A stretch of 64,000 nt of DNA from positions 158,410,001 to 158,474,000 of the forward strand of contig NC_042997.1 in assembly GCF_006345805.1 (NCBI RefSeq). Reading direction: 5' to 3'. The position numbers were made by a program, and so were the translations under genes. This stretch comes from Octopus sinensis (lineage: Eukaryota). The first letter of the stretch is position 1, and every line of letters begins with the position of its first letter. Shown piece by piece: positions 24,601 to 37,137 of this stretch. The notes below the pieces were generated by a model. The model did not search any database and was not told where the DNA came from. It saw only the letters and a program-made list of their open reading frames with translations.

Positions 24601-25444
24601 GGCACCGTAGTCTTCACTATATCTCAGAAGCGAGATATAGTGAAGACAACGATATATATTGAGAGAGTAGATAATGTTAGAGTGTAATGCAAAAATTTGA
24701 AAAGTAAAACAGTGAGTATGATAAACAGTTAAGCAGAAATATATAGGCGGATAGGGAATATATGTAAATGTGGGTTTGTGCTATGGGCGATTTTCGACAA
24801 CGGGACAGCAGGTTGACGAATTAACGAGCAGCTAGTTGCAGCGAGGCTGATGTTTAGCGGTAACTAATATACGGTTGGTGTAAAATAGTTTAAAGGCTAA
24901 CAGAGGTTAAAAGCTATTGTGGGAAGGGGATAGCATGTTTGAGTGGTATATAATTTGAGTGATAATTTTAGAAAACTAGCTTCAAGTTTCTTCACAAAGT
25001 GATCGGACAAATATTAGAATAATTCATAGAATATAAATCAATATGTTGGTTTTCGGCGAGATGGGATGATAGATAAGTTAAGGTATTAAATATATTTCAC
25101 TAACCTCTTTAAGTTTAGAATTTGACTTATGATTTATAATTTAACATCATGGCGAGATAGGCCTGATCATAATTTTTGTATGGCTTGATATACAGCGATT
25201 GGTTTTTTTCCCCCTTCGTCACAATCTTTCTGATAATAGATATAGTTCCTCTTCCAAGGGGGCTGCTTGTCCCCTCTGATCTTTGTACTGAGCATGATAA
25301 CAATGCACAAATCCAAAAAAATATTGAAGCGTGTTGGATAGTTGATATTCATATCTCGAAGCCAAAACTTAGCTTGTGAAGCAAACCAAATAACAATAAT
25401 AATAATAATAATAATCCTTTCTGCTATAGGCTTTTCCTTATGTA

Positions 25445-25715
25445 CAATTACTATGACTGTTCTGTTATTTTTTAACATCTTGTCCGTTTGAATAGGAAAG
25501 TTCCACAAAATCTTTCAGTCCTGCAACTCTAGTTCTCTTTCGAGTCGATAATTTTACCATGTGTTTCCAGTTTCAAATCCCCATTTTTGGCAAAGTTTTC
25601 AGTGGAAAAGGTTTACAATCTGGTCGTGCCTCTATTTCTTATATTTTTCTTGTGCCAACTTGCGACATTCTGTCACAATGTGTGCTACTGTCTCATTCAA
25701 GTTCCACAGGCTCTA
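25445..25715 (-). pseudogene. R4/Dong zinc-knuckle/REL fragment
   Basis: ETVAHIVTECRKLAQEKYKK*RHDQIV..FH*KLCQK and WNFPIQTDKMLKNNR..IVIV. Confidence 0.75.
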
Positions 25716-25723
25716 CATAATTA

Positions 25724-25761
<38 letters not shown>

Positions 25762-26316
25762 GAGTGAGAGAGCAGTTCATGCCATCAAAGTGACACTGGG
25801 GTAAAATATACGAAGCCCAATATACCCATCATGACTACCCGTCTGATAAGGGTACACCAGGCACATGCATCACAACCATATGTGCGCGACATGGTGATCT
25901 CATATCAAGATAAACAGCACATGACTTTGCAGGTGGAGCCCAGTTAGAATTTTCTTCAGGTTGAGTAGCCCATCCCGCTCAAAAGGTCCCTGAATAAGGG
26001 TTGTTTAAGGATGTTGAAAAAAACCACCCATGTTTCCAGAGGTGAATTATTCAAACCCCAAAGAATCCCTCTCAACACATGGCTATGATGCTCCCCCACT
26101 ACTTCTGCTCGTGATCAGAGATGCACATATCGTCAGCCACTAAGGGACATGCTCAACTGGTTAAGGTCAAACAACTGACAAGCAAATCTGTGGTATTGAG
26201 CAGAATATTTGTTGTAGCCCATCTTTTATACCAAGACAAAACAATGTACATGATAACACTTCCAATCAGTTAAGATCAAAAGCCATGAGAGGCAGTGCCT
26301 GGTACTGCATCAGGGC

Positions 26317-26320
<4 letters not shown>
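25762..26320. mobile_element. Non-coding ~560-bp repeat unit bounded by (TTA)n on both sides; possible LINE 3'UTR or non-autonomous element
   Basis: Discrete mixed-composition block between (TTA)n at 25722-25761 and 26321-26462; no recognisable ORF. Confidence 0.5.
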
Positions 26321-26385
<65 letters not shown>

Positions 26386-26390
26386 CATTT

Positions 26391-26463
<73 letters not shown>

Positions 26464-26464
26464 T

Positions 26465-29041
26465 TTTTTTTTCTTCTTTCAAATTTGCTTCCATTTCTTG
26501 CCGAGTGTCTTCCCGACTCCTAGGGCAAAGAAACTCATAGTATACATTGGTAGACCATTAAACCAAACTCAATAGTTCGTTCTTTTTTTTTTTTAAGTTA
26601 AATTAAAATACATGAGCAGCAACAGTTCTCACATCGACAATGCCCTTCTCAATACGTGTGATGTACCAGTTAAGACAATCTTTTGCACTTCTTGCAGGGA
26701 TGGTAAGCCAGGGATCATTCTCATATAATTTTCGGTTCCCTTCTTGATCATTCCTAGTGCTCCTACGATCACTGGTATTGTAACCGCCTTGAGATGCCAC
26801 ATTTTCTCAATTTCAATGAGTAGGTCTTTATATTTTCTGAGCTTGTCAAACTCTTTCGCTGAGATATTATGATCACAGGGGATGCTCATGTCGTTCAATA
26901 AGCAAACTTTATTGTTTTGGTCTTTCACAACAATATCTGGTTTATTGGCCTTGATGGTTCGGTCTGTATGTACTGGAAAGTCCCACAGAATGGTTACATT
27001 TTCTCCTTCAGTTACAGCCTCAGGGTGGTGATTATACCACTTGTCGGCAGTTTTGATATTGTAATGCCGACTTATTAGCCAGTGTAGATATTGGCCAACT
27101 CTGTCATGTCTTAAATTACGCTCCACTGGAGCTAAGACTTTACATCCAGAGATTAGGTGGTCCACTGTTTCAATCATGTCGTTGCAGAATCGGCATTTTG
27201 GGTCTGCTCCATTTTTCATCACATTGGCCTGGTAGTTCCGGGTTAATAGGCTTTGATCTTGAGCAGCCAGGATGAAACCTTCGCTCTCTGCTTTTAGCCC
27301 TGAGCTCCGTAGCCACTGATGGGTTTGCTTCTGGTCAACATCAGCTTGTTTGCTGCGGGTCACATATTTGCCGTGCAGAGGTTTCTCCTCCCACCTATCA
27401 GCCAATTGCTCGTGCGCTTTTTTCGTTGCCATTATTTTCACCTTCTTTGCAACAATAATTGCCGTACTTCCCTCGGGTTGTTCTGTTTGGGTATCCTGCA
27501 CGAGATCAATAGCAAATTTTTTGCTTTCCTTTATAATAGAATGAAGCTTCTTTCGTCTCTCGTGATTTTCCTCGAGCTTTGGCATCCAGTCATTCGATAT
27601 TTCGAGATATTTGGTCAGTCCAATTGTGGTTGTTTTGTAAGCTAGTTCAAATTGGATCAGACCTCGACCTCCTTGGGCTCTGGGAAGGTAAAGGCGATCT
27701 ACGTCTGCCTTTGGGTGGTGCATCCTATTACAACTCAGCAGCTTGCGTATTTTCCTATCTATATTCTTTACTTCACTCATATTCCAGTTCAACACATTGT
27801 CGCTATAAGTAACAACTGTAACTGCTAAGGAATTTATAGCTAACACCTTGTTACGTGCATTTAGTTCAGATCTCAGGACTGCACGAACTCTCCTATAACA
27901 TTCCTTCCTGATCTTCTCTTTCATGCTTGCATGCTGAATACCAGAGCCTTCATTTATCCCTAAATATTTGTATGTTTGTTCTTGCTCAAGCTCTCTTATG
28001 ACTGTGTCAACATCTAACACGACTGAATTTGTGGTCTTCACTTTCCCTTTCTGGAAAGTGGCCTTGGCACACTTCTCAAGTCCAAACTCCATCCCGATGT
28101 CATCGCTGAATGCTTTCACGGTGCACAATAGGCCTTCAAGTTCATTATTGTCTTTACCATAAAGTTTTAAGTCATCCATATAAAATAGATGGCTTATTTT
28201 TTTATTGGAAATTTTATACCCATACCCCGTTCTGTTTAATTCACTTGTAAGGGGTATTAGGGCTATGCAGAATATTAAAGTTGAAAGTGAGTCACCTTGA
28301 AAAATTCCACAGCTGATGTTTATATTTTCTGAGGCAAGTACTCCATTAGAGTGGTATAATTGGAGATTCGTATTCCACAACGACATATTGTGCTTCAGGA
28401 AGTTTGAAATCACAGGGGAAATTTTGAAGATGTCCAGCGATCTCAAGATCCATGGATGCGGTATACTGTCGAAGGCCTTTTTATAGTCAATCCATGCGGT
28501 GCTGAGATTTCTGCGCTTGTTGTGACAGTTCTCAAGGATCATACGATTGATTAGCAGTTGATCTTTGCATCCGTAAGAGCCTCGGCGGCACCCTTTTTGT
28601 TCAATGGGGAAAATATCGTTCTTCTCCATGAATGCATATGTTTTCTCCGCCAGGATAGATGTTAGGATTTTATACGTGGTGGATAGACAGGTTATAGGCC
28701 GATAGTTTTTTGGAAGGTTGGTTTCGTTATTCTTTGGGAGTAGGTAAGTAATGCCACTTGCTAACTATTCAGGTGTTTTCTTTGGGTCTCTCATAATTCC
28801 ATTGAGCAGCTGAACTAGCTTACCGTGTGCGCATGGGAGCGATGCGAGCCAGAAATTCGGCACCCTATCTTTACCGGGGGATTTCCAATTATGGGCCTTC
28901 GTGAGTGCCTTTCTTAGGTCTGTTATTGTGATGTCTTCCCATGCTTGTTGTTGTAAATTTTGGTAGGATCCTTTAGTTTGTATAATCCAGTCTGCATTTA
29001 TGTTGTACGTCTTCTTGTCACTCCAAATACTTTTCCAAAAG

Positions 29042-29043
<2 letters not shown>
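26465..29043 (-). mobile_element. R4/Dong-type non-LTR retrotransposon, 5'-truncated, inserted in (TTA)n
   Basis: Long RT-REL frame plus a ~160-bp 3'UTR ending in an A-run and (AAT)n; (TTA)n arrays at both junctions. Confidence 0.9.
26629..28629 (-). CDS. Reverse transcriptase + CCHC zinc knuckle + restriction-like endonuclease (666 aa)
   Basis: WIDYKKAFDSIPH, GIFQGDSLS, YMDDLKLY, CRFC...ETVDHLISGC, RHD, ILWDFPVHTD..NKPDIVV, DMSIP, KYKDL. The same frame extends upstream to ~29043 (FWKSIW, WKSPGKD, NYRPITCL) with a single TAG at 28765-28767. Confidence 0.95.
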   Translation of the reverse strand: MEKNDIFPIEQKGCRRGSYGCKDQLLINRMILENCHNKRRNLSTAWIDYKKAFDSIPHPWILRSLDIFKISPVISNFLKHNMSLWNTNLQLYHSNGVLASENINISCGIFQGDSLSTLIFCIALIPLTSELNRTGYGYKISNKKISHLFYMDDLKLYGKDNNELEGLLCTVKAFSDDIGMEFGLEKCAKATFQKGKVKTTNSVVLDVDTVIRELEQEQTYKYLGINEGSGIQHASMKEKIRKECYRRVRAVLRSELNARNKVLAINSLAVTVVTYSDNVLNWNMSEVKNIDRKIRKLLSCNRMHHPKADVDRLYLPRAQGGRGLIQFELAYKTTTIGLTKYLEISNDWMPKLEENHERRKKLHSIIKESKKFAIDLVQDTQTEQPEGSTAIIVAKKVKIMATKKAHEQLADRWEEKPLHGKYVTRSKQADVDQKQTHQWLRSSGLKAESEGFILAAQDQSLLTRNYQANVMKNGADPKCRFCNDMIETVDHLISGCKVLAPVERNLRHDRVGQYLHWLISRHYNIKTADKWYNHHPEAVTEGENVTILWDFPVHTDRTIKANKPDIVVKDQNNKVCLLNDMSIPCDHNISAKEFDKLRKYKDLLIEIEKMWHLKAVTIPVIVGALGMIKKGTENYMRMIPGLPSLQEVQKIVLTGTSHVLRRALSM

Positions 29044-29086
<43 letters not shown>

Positions 29087-29089
29087 TAA

Positions 29090-29245
29090 GGCGGCGAGCT
29101 AGCAGAATGCTCAGTGCCATTTCGTCCGTCCTTACATTCTGCCGAGGTCGATTTTGCCTTTCATCCTTTCGGAGTCGATGAAATAAGTACCAGTTACGCA
29201 CTGGGGTCAATGTATTCGACTATCCCCTACCTCAAATTTTCAGTT
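29090..29245 (+). mobile_element. SINE family B
   Basis: ggcggcgagctagcagaa...gccgaggtcgattttgcctttcatcctttcggagtcgat...gtaccagttacgcactggggtc. Confidence 0.8.
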
Positions 29246-29270
29246 GAAAAGATTATTATTATCATTATTA

Positions 29271-29338
<68 letters not shown>

Positions 29339-30071
29339 TCAATTTTTAATTTTGGAACGCTTATTTAATAAATTGTAATTTCGATAAAGGGTCAATTGTG
29401 CTTCCTCGCTACATAAGTTGCAAACCTTCCGATCGCTCATTCCATTTAATATTAAAAGAAATACTCTCATCCTTCAAGCTGTAAAGAAAGACTTGAATAT
29501 TTTCTAGTAGAAATAATAAAAACAGAAAGATTGGAGATGTGGATAATATCTGTGTATAAAAGCATTTGCCTACATTCTTGTCTAAACTTCACTACTTTTC
29601 GATGTTGTTATTCTATATTTCTATACTTTGCCAAGCACAATATCCAGGGCAAGCTCTAGAATCAATTCAATTACAATAGGGGGTGGGGTAGTATGATAAT
29701 AAGTTTGATATAATCTTTCCATGTTACCTGTAACTTTATTATGGGCTAAATTGTGTGGAATAAAATAATTTCACAGTATCTTTTTTAAAATGTTAAATTG
29801 GGGGAGAAAATTATTTCTATGAATAAAGGAGAAAATTTTACGTGTTTTCGTTTATGATTTAATGTTTTGGAATTTACGATTATGCAGTATTTTAATATTT
29901 ATTCTCCGACTCACACATTTTTTTGTTCACTTTCTCTTTCTGTGTATATGATCTTGTGTGTCTGTGTATCTATATATGTATCTGTGTACACAAGTGAATG
30001 CACACGTGTACGTTCATATCACTTTTCCTCTCTCCCTCCATTTTATACTGTACATACATGCACATTTCTAT

Positions 30072-30295
30072 ATAGCTGGCAGAAACGTTAGCACGCCGGG
30101 CGAAATGCGTAGCCGCATTTCGTCTGTCGCTACGTTCTGAGTTTAAATTCCGCCGAGGTCGACTTTGCCTTTCATCCTTTCGTGGTCGATAAATTAAGTA
30201 CCAGTTACGCACTGGGGTCGATATAATCTACTTAATACGTTTGTCTGTCCTTGTTTGTCCCCTCTGTGTTTAGCCCCTTGTGGGTAGTAAATAAA
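30072..30295 (+). mobile_element. SINE family B
   Basis: gctggcagaaacgttagcacgccgggcgaaatg...gccgaggtcgactttgcctttcatcc...gccccttgtgggtagtaaa; many similar copies in the window. Confidence 0.85.
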
Positions 30296-30326
<31 letters not shown>

Positions 30327-30549
30327 TATATATATATATATATATACATATAACTACAAAATTAGAGAATGGAGAAATATACTTAAATCAGTAAAACATC
30401 AACTATCCGATGATACTCAATCCATACTTTAATACACCATTACATATGAGTAAAGGCAATACATAAAATGAAATGAGATATACAGTAATAGTAAAAAGAT
30501 AAAGAGATATAAGTAAAAAATTTTCAAATATAATATGCAAATAAATCAA

Positions 30550-30660
30550 AAACTGACAGCTGTTTCGGCAGTGAGGACAGTCATACCTCATTTAACCTAT
30601 AAGCCATAAAGGCAGGTATAAATGAGGCATTAACAAGGATGCCCCACGGCCTCTTCAGAG
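30550..30660 (-). ncRNA. Hammerhead ribozyme, mirror copy in the left arm of the palindrome
   Basis: Reverse complement of 31605-31707: tcttcag at 30652-30658, gac-agct-gtttc at 30555-30566. Confidence 0.7.
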
Positions 30661-31014
30661 AATTAAATTAAATTTGTTATAATAGTGAAAAATATTATAC
30701 AATCATATACATATAAATATAAAAATATAAAAATGTAAAATATAAAAACTTATACATCATAAAGCTACACTTATATAATAATACACATTTGTACAAAAAA
30801 GGAAGGTAAACAGAACAAAATAAAACAAAATATATAATAGTGTATATATTAATATCAATAAGTACCGATATTATACATATTTGGCTAATAGTTTTTTTAT
30901 ATATATAAAAAAAAAAAGGCTAACATATATGGAGATGAAAAATAATAATTAAATCCGTGGTACAGTTCATAAGATTCTAAAGCTATAAAAGTTAATAAAA
31001 ATTACTATTAATAA

Positions 31015-31057
<43 letters not shown>

Positions 31058-31128
31058 AAAAAAATATAATAAAAAATAGATACAGTTAAATTAGCACCAA
31101 GTCCATCCTTACAAGATCGAAATAACTA

Positions 31129-31199
31129 TAGTTATTTCGATCTTGTAAGGATGGACTTGGTGCTAATTTAACTGTATCTATTTTTTATTATATTTTTTT

Positions 31200-31231
<32 letters not shown>

Positions 31232-32085
31232 ATTATTATTATTATTATTATTAATAGTAATTTTTATTAACTTTTATAGCTTTAGAATCTTATGAACTGT
31301 ACCACGGATTTAATTATTATTTTTCATCTCCATATATGTTAGCCTTTTTTTTTTTATATATATAAAAAAACTATTAGCCAAATATGTATAATATCGGTAC
31401 TTATTGATATTAATATATACACTATTATATATTTTGTTTTATTTTGTTCTGTTTACCTTCCTTTTTGTACAAATGTGTATTATATTATATAAGTGTAGCT
31501 TTATGATGTATAAGTTTTTATATTTTACATTTTTATATTTTTATATTTATATGTATATGATTGTATAATATTTTTCACTATTATAACAAATTTAATTTAA
31601 TTCTCTGAAGAGGCCGTGGGCATCCTTGTTAATGCCTCATTTATACCTGCCTTTATGGCTTATAGGTTAAATGAGGTATGACTGTCCTCACTGCCGAAAC
31701 AGCTGTCAGTTTTGATTTATTTGCATATTATATTTGAAAATTTTTACTTATATCTCTTTATCTTTTTACTATTACTGTATATCTCATTTCATTTTATGTA
31801 TTGCCTTTACTCATATGTAATGGTGTATTAAAGTATGGATTGAGTATCATCGGATAGTTGATGTTTTACTGATTTAAGTATATTTCTCCATTCTCTAATT
31901 TTGTAGTATTAATTTACGGTAATATTATTACCTTTACCCATATAATGCAATAGATGAACTGATTGTTGACAATTTTTAACATCTATGTATTAATTTTGTT
32001 GGGTACCTATCTAGCAGTATATTGGATATATATTATCCCATGGTGGGTTGAATTTTCAACCCCTATCTCATTTTATAACCTATAT
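31129..32085 (+). mobile_element. Penelope-like 3' terminal fragment (right arm continues past the palindrome to (TA)n)
   Basis: Contains the hammerhead; unique sequence continues 31908-32085 and ends at a ~310-bp (TA)n tract. Confidence 0.55.
31601..31713 (+). ncRNA. Type-I hammerhead ribozyme with extended stem II
   Basis: CTGAAGA at 31605-31611; stem II ggccgtggg/cctcactgcc encloses the hairpin cctcattta...ttaaatgagg; GAAAC-AGCT-GTC at 31696-31707; stem I is imperfect. Confidence 0.75.
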
Positions 32086-32103
32086 ATACATATATATATA
32101 TAT

Positions 32104-32178
<75 letters not shown>

Positions 32179-32231
32179 TAGTATATATATATGTATATAT
32201 ATATATGTATATATATATATGTATATATATG

Positions 32232-32268
<37 letters not shown>

Positions 32269-32289
32269 GTATATGTACATATATATATG

Positions 32290-32370
<81 letters not shown>

Positions 32371-32397
32371 ATATATATGTTATATATATATATATAG
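32085..32397. repeat. Long (TA)n microsatellite
   Basis: ~310 bp of TA with TG/CA interruptions; source of the poly-YI ORFs. Confidence 0.95.
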
Positions 32398-34089
32398 TGA
32401 ACAAAGGGAGGAAAGAAAACAGTAAGAGAACAAGAACATACAATATGAGGCCAATAAGAGAAGGAGACAGGGAATAGAGGAATAGAGAGCAATTGACAGA
32501 CAGGCTGAAACAAAAAGATAAATGGGAACGTGAATTTATTATCTCGAAAAATATTTCGACACGTGTCAACACTTATAATCTCATAGATGTAGAGAGTGAA
32601 AGTAGTAAATTACAACGGAAAAATAAATCGAAAAATACAATAAATAAGCGAGCGAGAGAGAAGAAGCAAAATCGTAATAGAAAATAAAGATCAGGTGAAG
32701 TGCAGACATATGAAAAGAACATAGTGATATTGTCCAAATATAATAAATTAGTTCGAAGACGAAAATAGTTTATGGAAGGAGAGCTTCATAAACACACAAT
32801 CAATATCTTGAATAATTACTGAAAATGAAGAGACTGATTAATCAGAATATGTTACATGGAATTAGAGCGGGATCTGAATTCTTTTTTTCCCTGAGTAAAG
32901 AAAGATCACGTTCAATTGTCTTTTAAAAGAGGAAGAACAACATGGAGTCGATCTGTTGATTTAATTAATTTCCTAATAGAAAATAGGTACGTAAGATTAA
33001 TTTTAGAAATATAATGAGTGCTTGTTGGCATTGGAAAGCTGTAAAATATCGTGAGTAAATTTTCTGATCATTGTTCGTTTAAAGATTGGTAATTTTATTA
33101 AGAAAGGCATAAACAACGTAATCTCATTTTATCTATAAAACGTGTGTGTGTGTGTGTGTATGTGTTGTGTGTGTGTGTGTGGTGTGTGTGTGTGTGTGTG
33201 TGTGTGTGAGTGTGTTTCCAATAGCTGACGTCATAAAAGTTTTGGTGGGATGTAGTTTCAAGCTTTTATTAAAACTATAGCTCTAAATTAAGAATCTTTA
33301 TATATCACTCGATCTCAATAGCACTGAAAACTCTCTCCAATCTTTAGATTGTACGGGTAGATTATATAATGTATGTATGGTACTGGAAAAAAGTAGATTA
33401 TCAACTATAATGACTTATGAATAGTCGGTCAGCGCTTCTCTGGGATAACAAGGCATACAAGATCAATCCTTCCCCATTCTTCTTTCTTATATTCAATGTT
33501 TGTAATTTCTGTATGTGTCAGCAAAATTGACAGGCACGAATTATATCAATACTACTTGAATAACATTTGTTACGAAACGTAAATTCCTGAAGAGTTAAAA
33601 AATGTTACAACATTCACACACACACACACACAAGCGCATACATGAAAATGGATTTCTTTCGTCTCATTTTAGAGACATTATATATTAGGGGATACAAAAC
33701 AAGTTGTTTTAATTTTTATTTCTATAAAAACCTCGCCAAAGCTTACAAGTCTACATATGTAGAAGAAAATTTTCCTGAAATTGACAGATGGTTCGCATGC
33801 ATGCAATACAAGTAAATTCATGGTTGAGTATATCAATTAAAAATATGTACAGTCCATCTAATGGTTATCTTTACGTGATATACCAAAATTGATGCTCAGT
33901 GGGATATGATCATGATATTGTAACTGAAAAGCATCGTTCTTAGTTATACGACATTCCTTCTCGCACTTACTAGTTACATGTATGAGATGATTTTCCCTTT
34001 GATGGGATGAGATCAATGAGAAGTAGCTATGACCTACGCAAACCTTCTTAAATGAGTGAAATCGATATCGGTAATGGTCCTCCCGAACC

Positions 34090-34530
34090 ATTGTATAATA
34101 GCACCTGTAAGAAATATTTGGGCAGGGAGGAAATCTCACAGAGCGATGGCATTGGAAAGGAAATGCTAGTGCGGGAGATAGAGGGTTTGATACAGCAAGT
34201 GTGAAACGGAGGGAGATTAGTGTAATAGAAAATGCTTGAGTGGAGGTGCCATGAGCTCGGCTAGCTCCAAGCGCAAACGCTATTATAATAGCGATAGGAA
34301 ACGAAGAGACAGGAGATAACACGCCTGTCAGCCTGAAAGTAAGTGTACGTGATTTTTTGAGAATCAGTCGGTTGTCATTTTTCTCAACGTCTCTGTGTGC
34401 AGCAGTAGCATCACCGATCCAGATGCAAGAGCAGTACTCTAATGTAGAGCTGATATAAACTTTGTGGAGCAACAACAATTGAAAGGAGCTGAAATATTGC
34501 CTTGAAGAAAAGAGCAATCAATGTCGGTCA
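34090..34530 (-). pseudogene. CR1/Jockey-like LINE post-RT remnant
   Basis: RQYFSSFQLLLLHKVYISSTLEYCSCIW.GD resembles the L.LYK..IRP.LEY...W motif; decays downstream. Confidence 0.6.
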
Positions 34531-35090
34531 GATTGTGTTAAGAATATGCTAATGCGTTTTTGCCAGAAGGGATCTTCGGTTATGATTAAATATAACAATA
34601 AGATATAACAATAATGGTTATAGTTCAGTGATGTTTTGCATTAAAGCAGGGTGTGCTGCGAATAAGATATTTTATTCAAATAGCGTTTATTTTTTCTTGG
34701 TGTTGAAGGAATCAAGGCTAGCTTATCTCTATTTGGGGATGTTTCAAAGTTTATTTTCATGTATTGAGTATGTGTGCTTCATATTTTCTCTTTTACAGAG
34801 TGGTAACGCAAAACGCTATTCAAATTTCCCTTGAAAGCTGAAGGACACATAGGTTAATATCTTTATTGTACAAAATATCCAATTCGTGGTAACTGAAAGA
34901 CTTCTGATTATAGGACTGACGTTAAGATGAATATAACAGCTTTGTCCAGTTTCTTTGCTATATAAATTAAATGCTTGAAAATCAGAAATATTGGAAACAA
35001 ATTATATATTAAGGATCTTTCATTAAAATAACGTAAAAATTAAATACTTAGAAATATTAATTATATATTTCTAGTAATGTAAAACCAATT

Positions 35091-35339
35091 GTGGAGGCAT
35101 GTGGCTTAGTGGTTAGGGTTTCAGCATCGTAAGATTGTGGTTTCGATTCCTGGACCGGGCGACGCGTTGTGCTCTTGAGCAAATCACTTCATTTCACGTT
35201 GCTCCAGTCCACTCAGCCGGCAAAAATGATTAACGCTACGATGGACTGGCATCCTCTCCAGCTGGGGAACACTTATGCCATTGAAACCGGGAAACCGGGC
35301 CCATGAGACTGGCTAGGCTTTCAAAGGGCGTATTTTTTT
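35091..35339 (+). mobile_element. tRNA-derived SINE (family C) with exact 16-bp TSD
   Basis: A-box tggcttagtgg, B-box ggtttcgattcc; TSD taatgtaaaaccaatt at 35075-35090 and 35340-35355. Confidence 0.9.
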
Positions 35340-36099
35340 TAATGTAAAACCAATTACAACATATGGAAACATAATTGCAGTGCAAACATGTATTATATGA
35401 AAAATTATATGAAAAGAGCGATGATTTCCGTACGGCGTCGCAAGTCATTATCTTTCTATTGGCAGTTATAATAATTTTTTAATGAAAAAGACATTCAAAT
35501 AGTAAGTGATCATAATTTAGGTAGACAACCAGTAATATTGAGAACAAGGTGTTTGCCGATACCACCGGCGCTAGTGTTTGATTGGTACTTAGTCCAACCC
35601 GGAGAAATGAAAGGCAAAGTTGGGCTCTCTAGGATTCGATCCCAGAACGAAGAGAGCTGTAAGAAATACCACAAGGTATTGTCCAACGTTCTAACAATTC
35701 TGCCCATCTTCCACCCTAGAAATATTACTGAATTGATACTGAAAAACTTTTGCTTGTTTTCATTCTTTAAATTTGTTTTCACACTTTTGATTATATGTAT
35801 TAAATTCAGGGCGCAATTAGCTAATATATAACTCCATGTTAGTCTTGGTCCATCAGATACGTGAGCTAAGGTAATCCAGGCGTGACTATTCCATTGTTTC
35901 AGTTATGAAAGACTATATAATCTAATGTGAAATAACCAGTTTGAAAATTGCAGTGTGCGAACTGCGGGAGGTTTGGAATGTGATTAATACACCTGCCAAA
36001 TCTCTCTCACATCAGAAAATCTACTACTCTATTGTTAACAACTGGAAAATATTTGTTAAAGCAACAAGGTTTCAATCAAATTATTTCATCTCTTTGAGA

Positions 36100-36260
36100 G
36101 CGGTGGCGTGTGGCATAATGGTTTGGGTATTGGATTCATGATTGTAAGATCTTTGGTTCAATTGCCTCAGATTGGATGGCGTACTGCGCTCTTAGTCATG
36201 TTACTCTCTTTTGATGACTCTTACACACACTCGGCTCAAATTGAGAACAAGTGGCTTATG
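36100..36260 (+). mobile_element. Degenerate tRNA-derived SINE head
   Basis: gtggcgtgtggcataatggtttggg...ggttcaattgcc. Confidence 0.45.
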
Positions 36261-37137
36261 AAGGCTGCCAACGTTATAACGGGGAGAATGTCTTAAGGTT
36301 TGCAGTTCTCATGTATGCAGTCTAGCATTCAGTGAGCTAAACACAAAAGCTGCAATATTTTCCAGCTTCATGGGAGTCACATTAGATCGAAAAACACATT
36401 AACGTTTGAAAAATGCTTCATTTATGCAAGTACACTTGTACTTCCCGAAAGAAATATGTTCTCTGTCATACGCCAAAAGAAGCTATTATTTTAATATAGA
36501 ATATCTTTTTTTTAATTTCCGAACGCATTTTTCTCTTTCGAAAATAAATGCTTTATTTTGTACAGTGGTTCATTTTAACAAACATATTTACATTTCAATC
36601 TGGCATTTTTTATATTATGGTATTTTTTCCAAATTTAGTATCTAATTTAGTATTTCAAAACCATAATGCAAATCCAAATATTTGCTGATTAATTAACTTT
36701 TTAAAGAATCTCTCTCTAATTAGAAACGAGTTTTATCCTAGAGAAATGTTTTTTTAAAGTATTAATTCATTTCGATAATGATGAGATACTAATGAAAATA
36801 TAAACACTCACTATTTTTATATAAGAAAAGAATGGGAAAATTATGTTTTTTTTTAATTAATGATTTGTGCTATAGATTGTATGCTAAGGTCTTATTAATA
36901 TTAGGGAGAGTTTACGAAAAATACAAGAGACGAAGTCAGGTAGTGTACAAAACAAATAGATGTATTAGTATAACGCTCAGGAATAGAAAAAGTCTTTTAC
37001 GTTTCGAGCCTACACTCTTCTACAGAAAGGGACACAGAAAAAAACAAGGAGAGAAAAAAAATGTGTGTATTGGCTAACCATCTATCATGGCGACTAGTGC
37101 CGGACAGAAGGGTCAAACACGATGAGGAAAGTATTAT

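Larger units (their letters stand above)
30353..31907. repeat. 1.55-kb near-perfect palindrome with no loop
   Basis: Centre aataacta|tagttatt at 31128/31129. The arm differences I could find are 1-nt indels in homopolymers or the AAT tract. Confidence 0.95.

Noticed and set aside
26629-28629. 666-aa ORF as a host gene or novel reverse transcriptase system
   Set aside because: Domain order and motifs match ordinary R4/Dong-type LINEs; it is 5'-truncated, has a UTR with an (AAT)n tail, and has decayed relatives in the same window.
33858-34517. 219-aa ORF as a host protein
   Set aside because: Only its N-terminal part resembles a CR1-type post-RT motif; the remainder is out-of-frame LINE sequence and flank.
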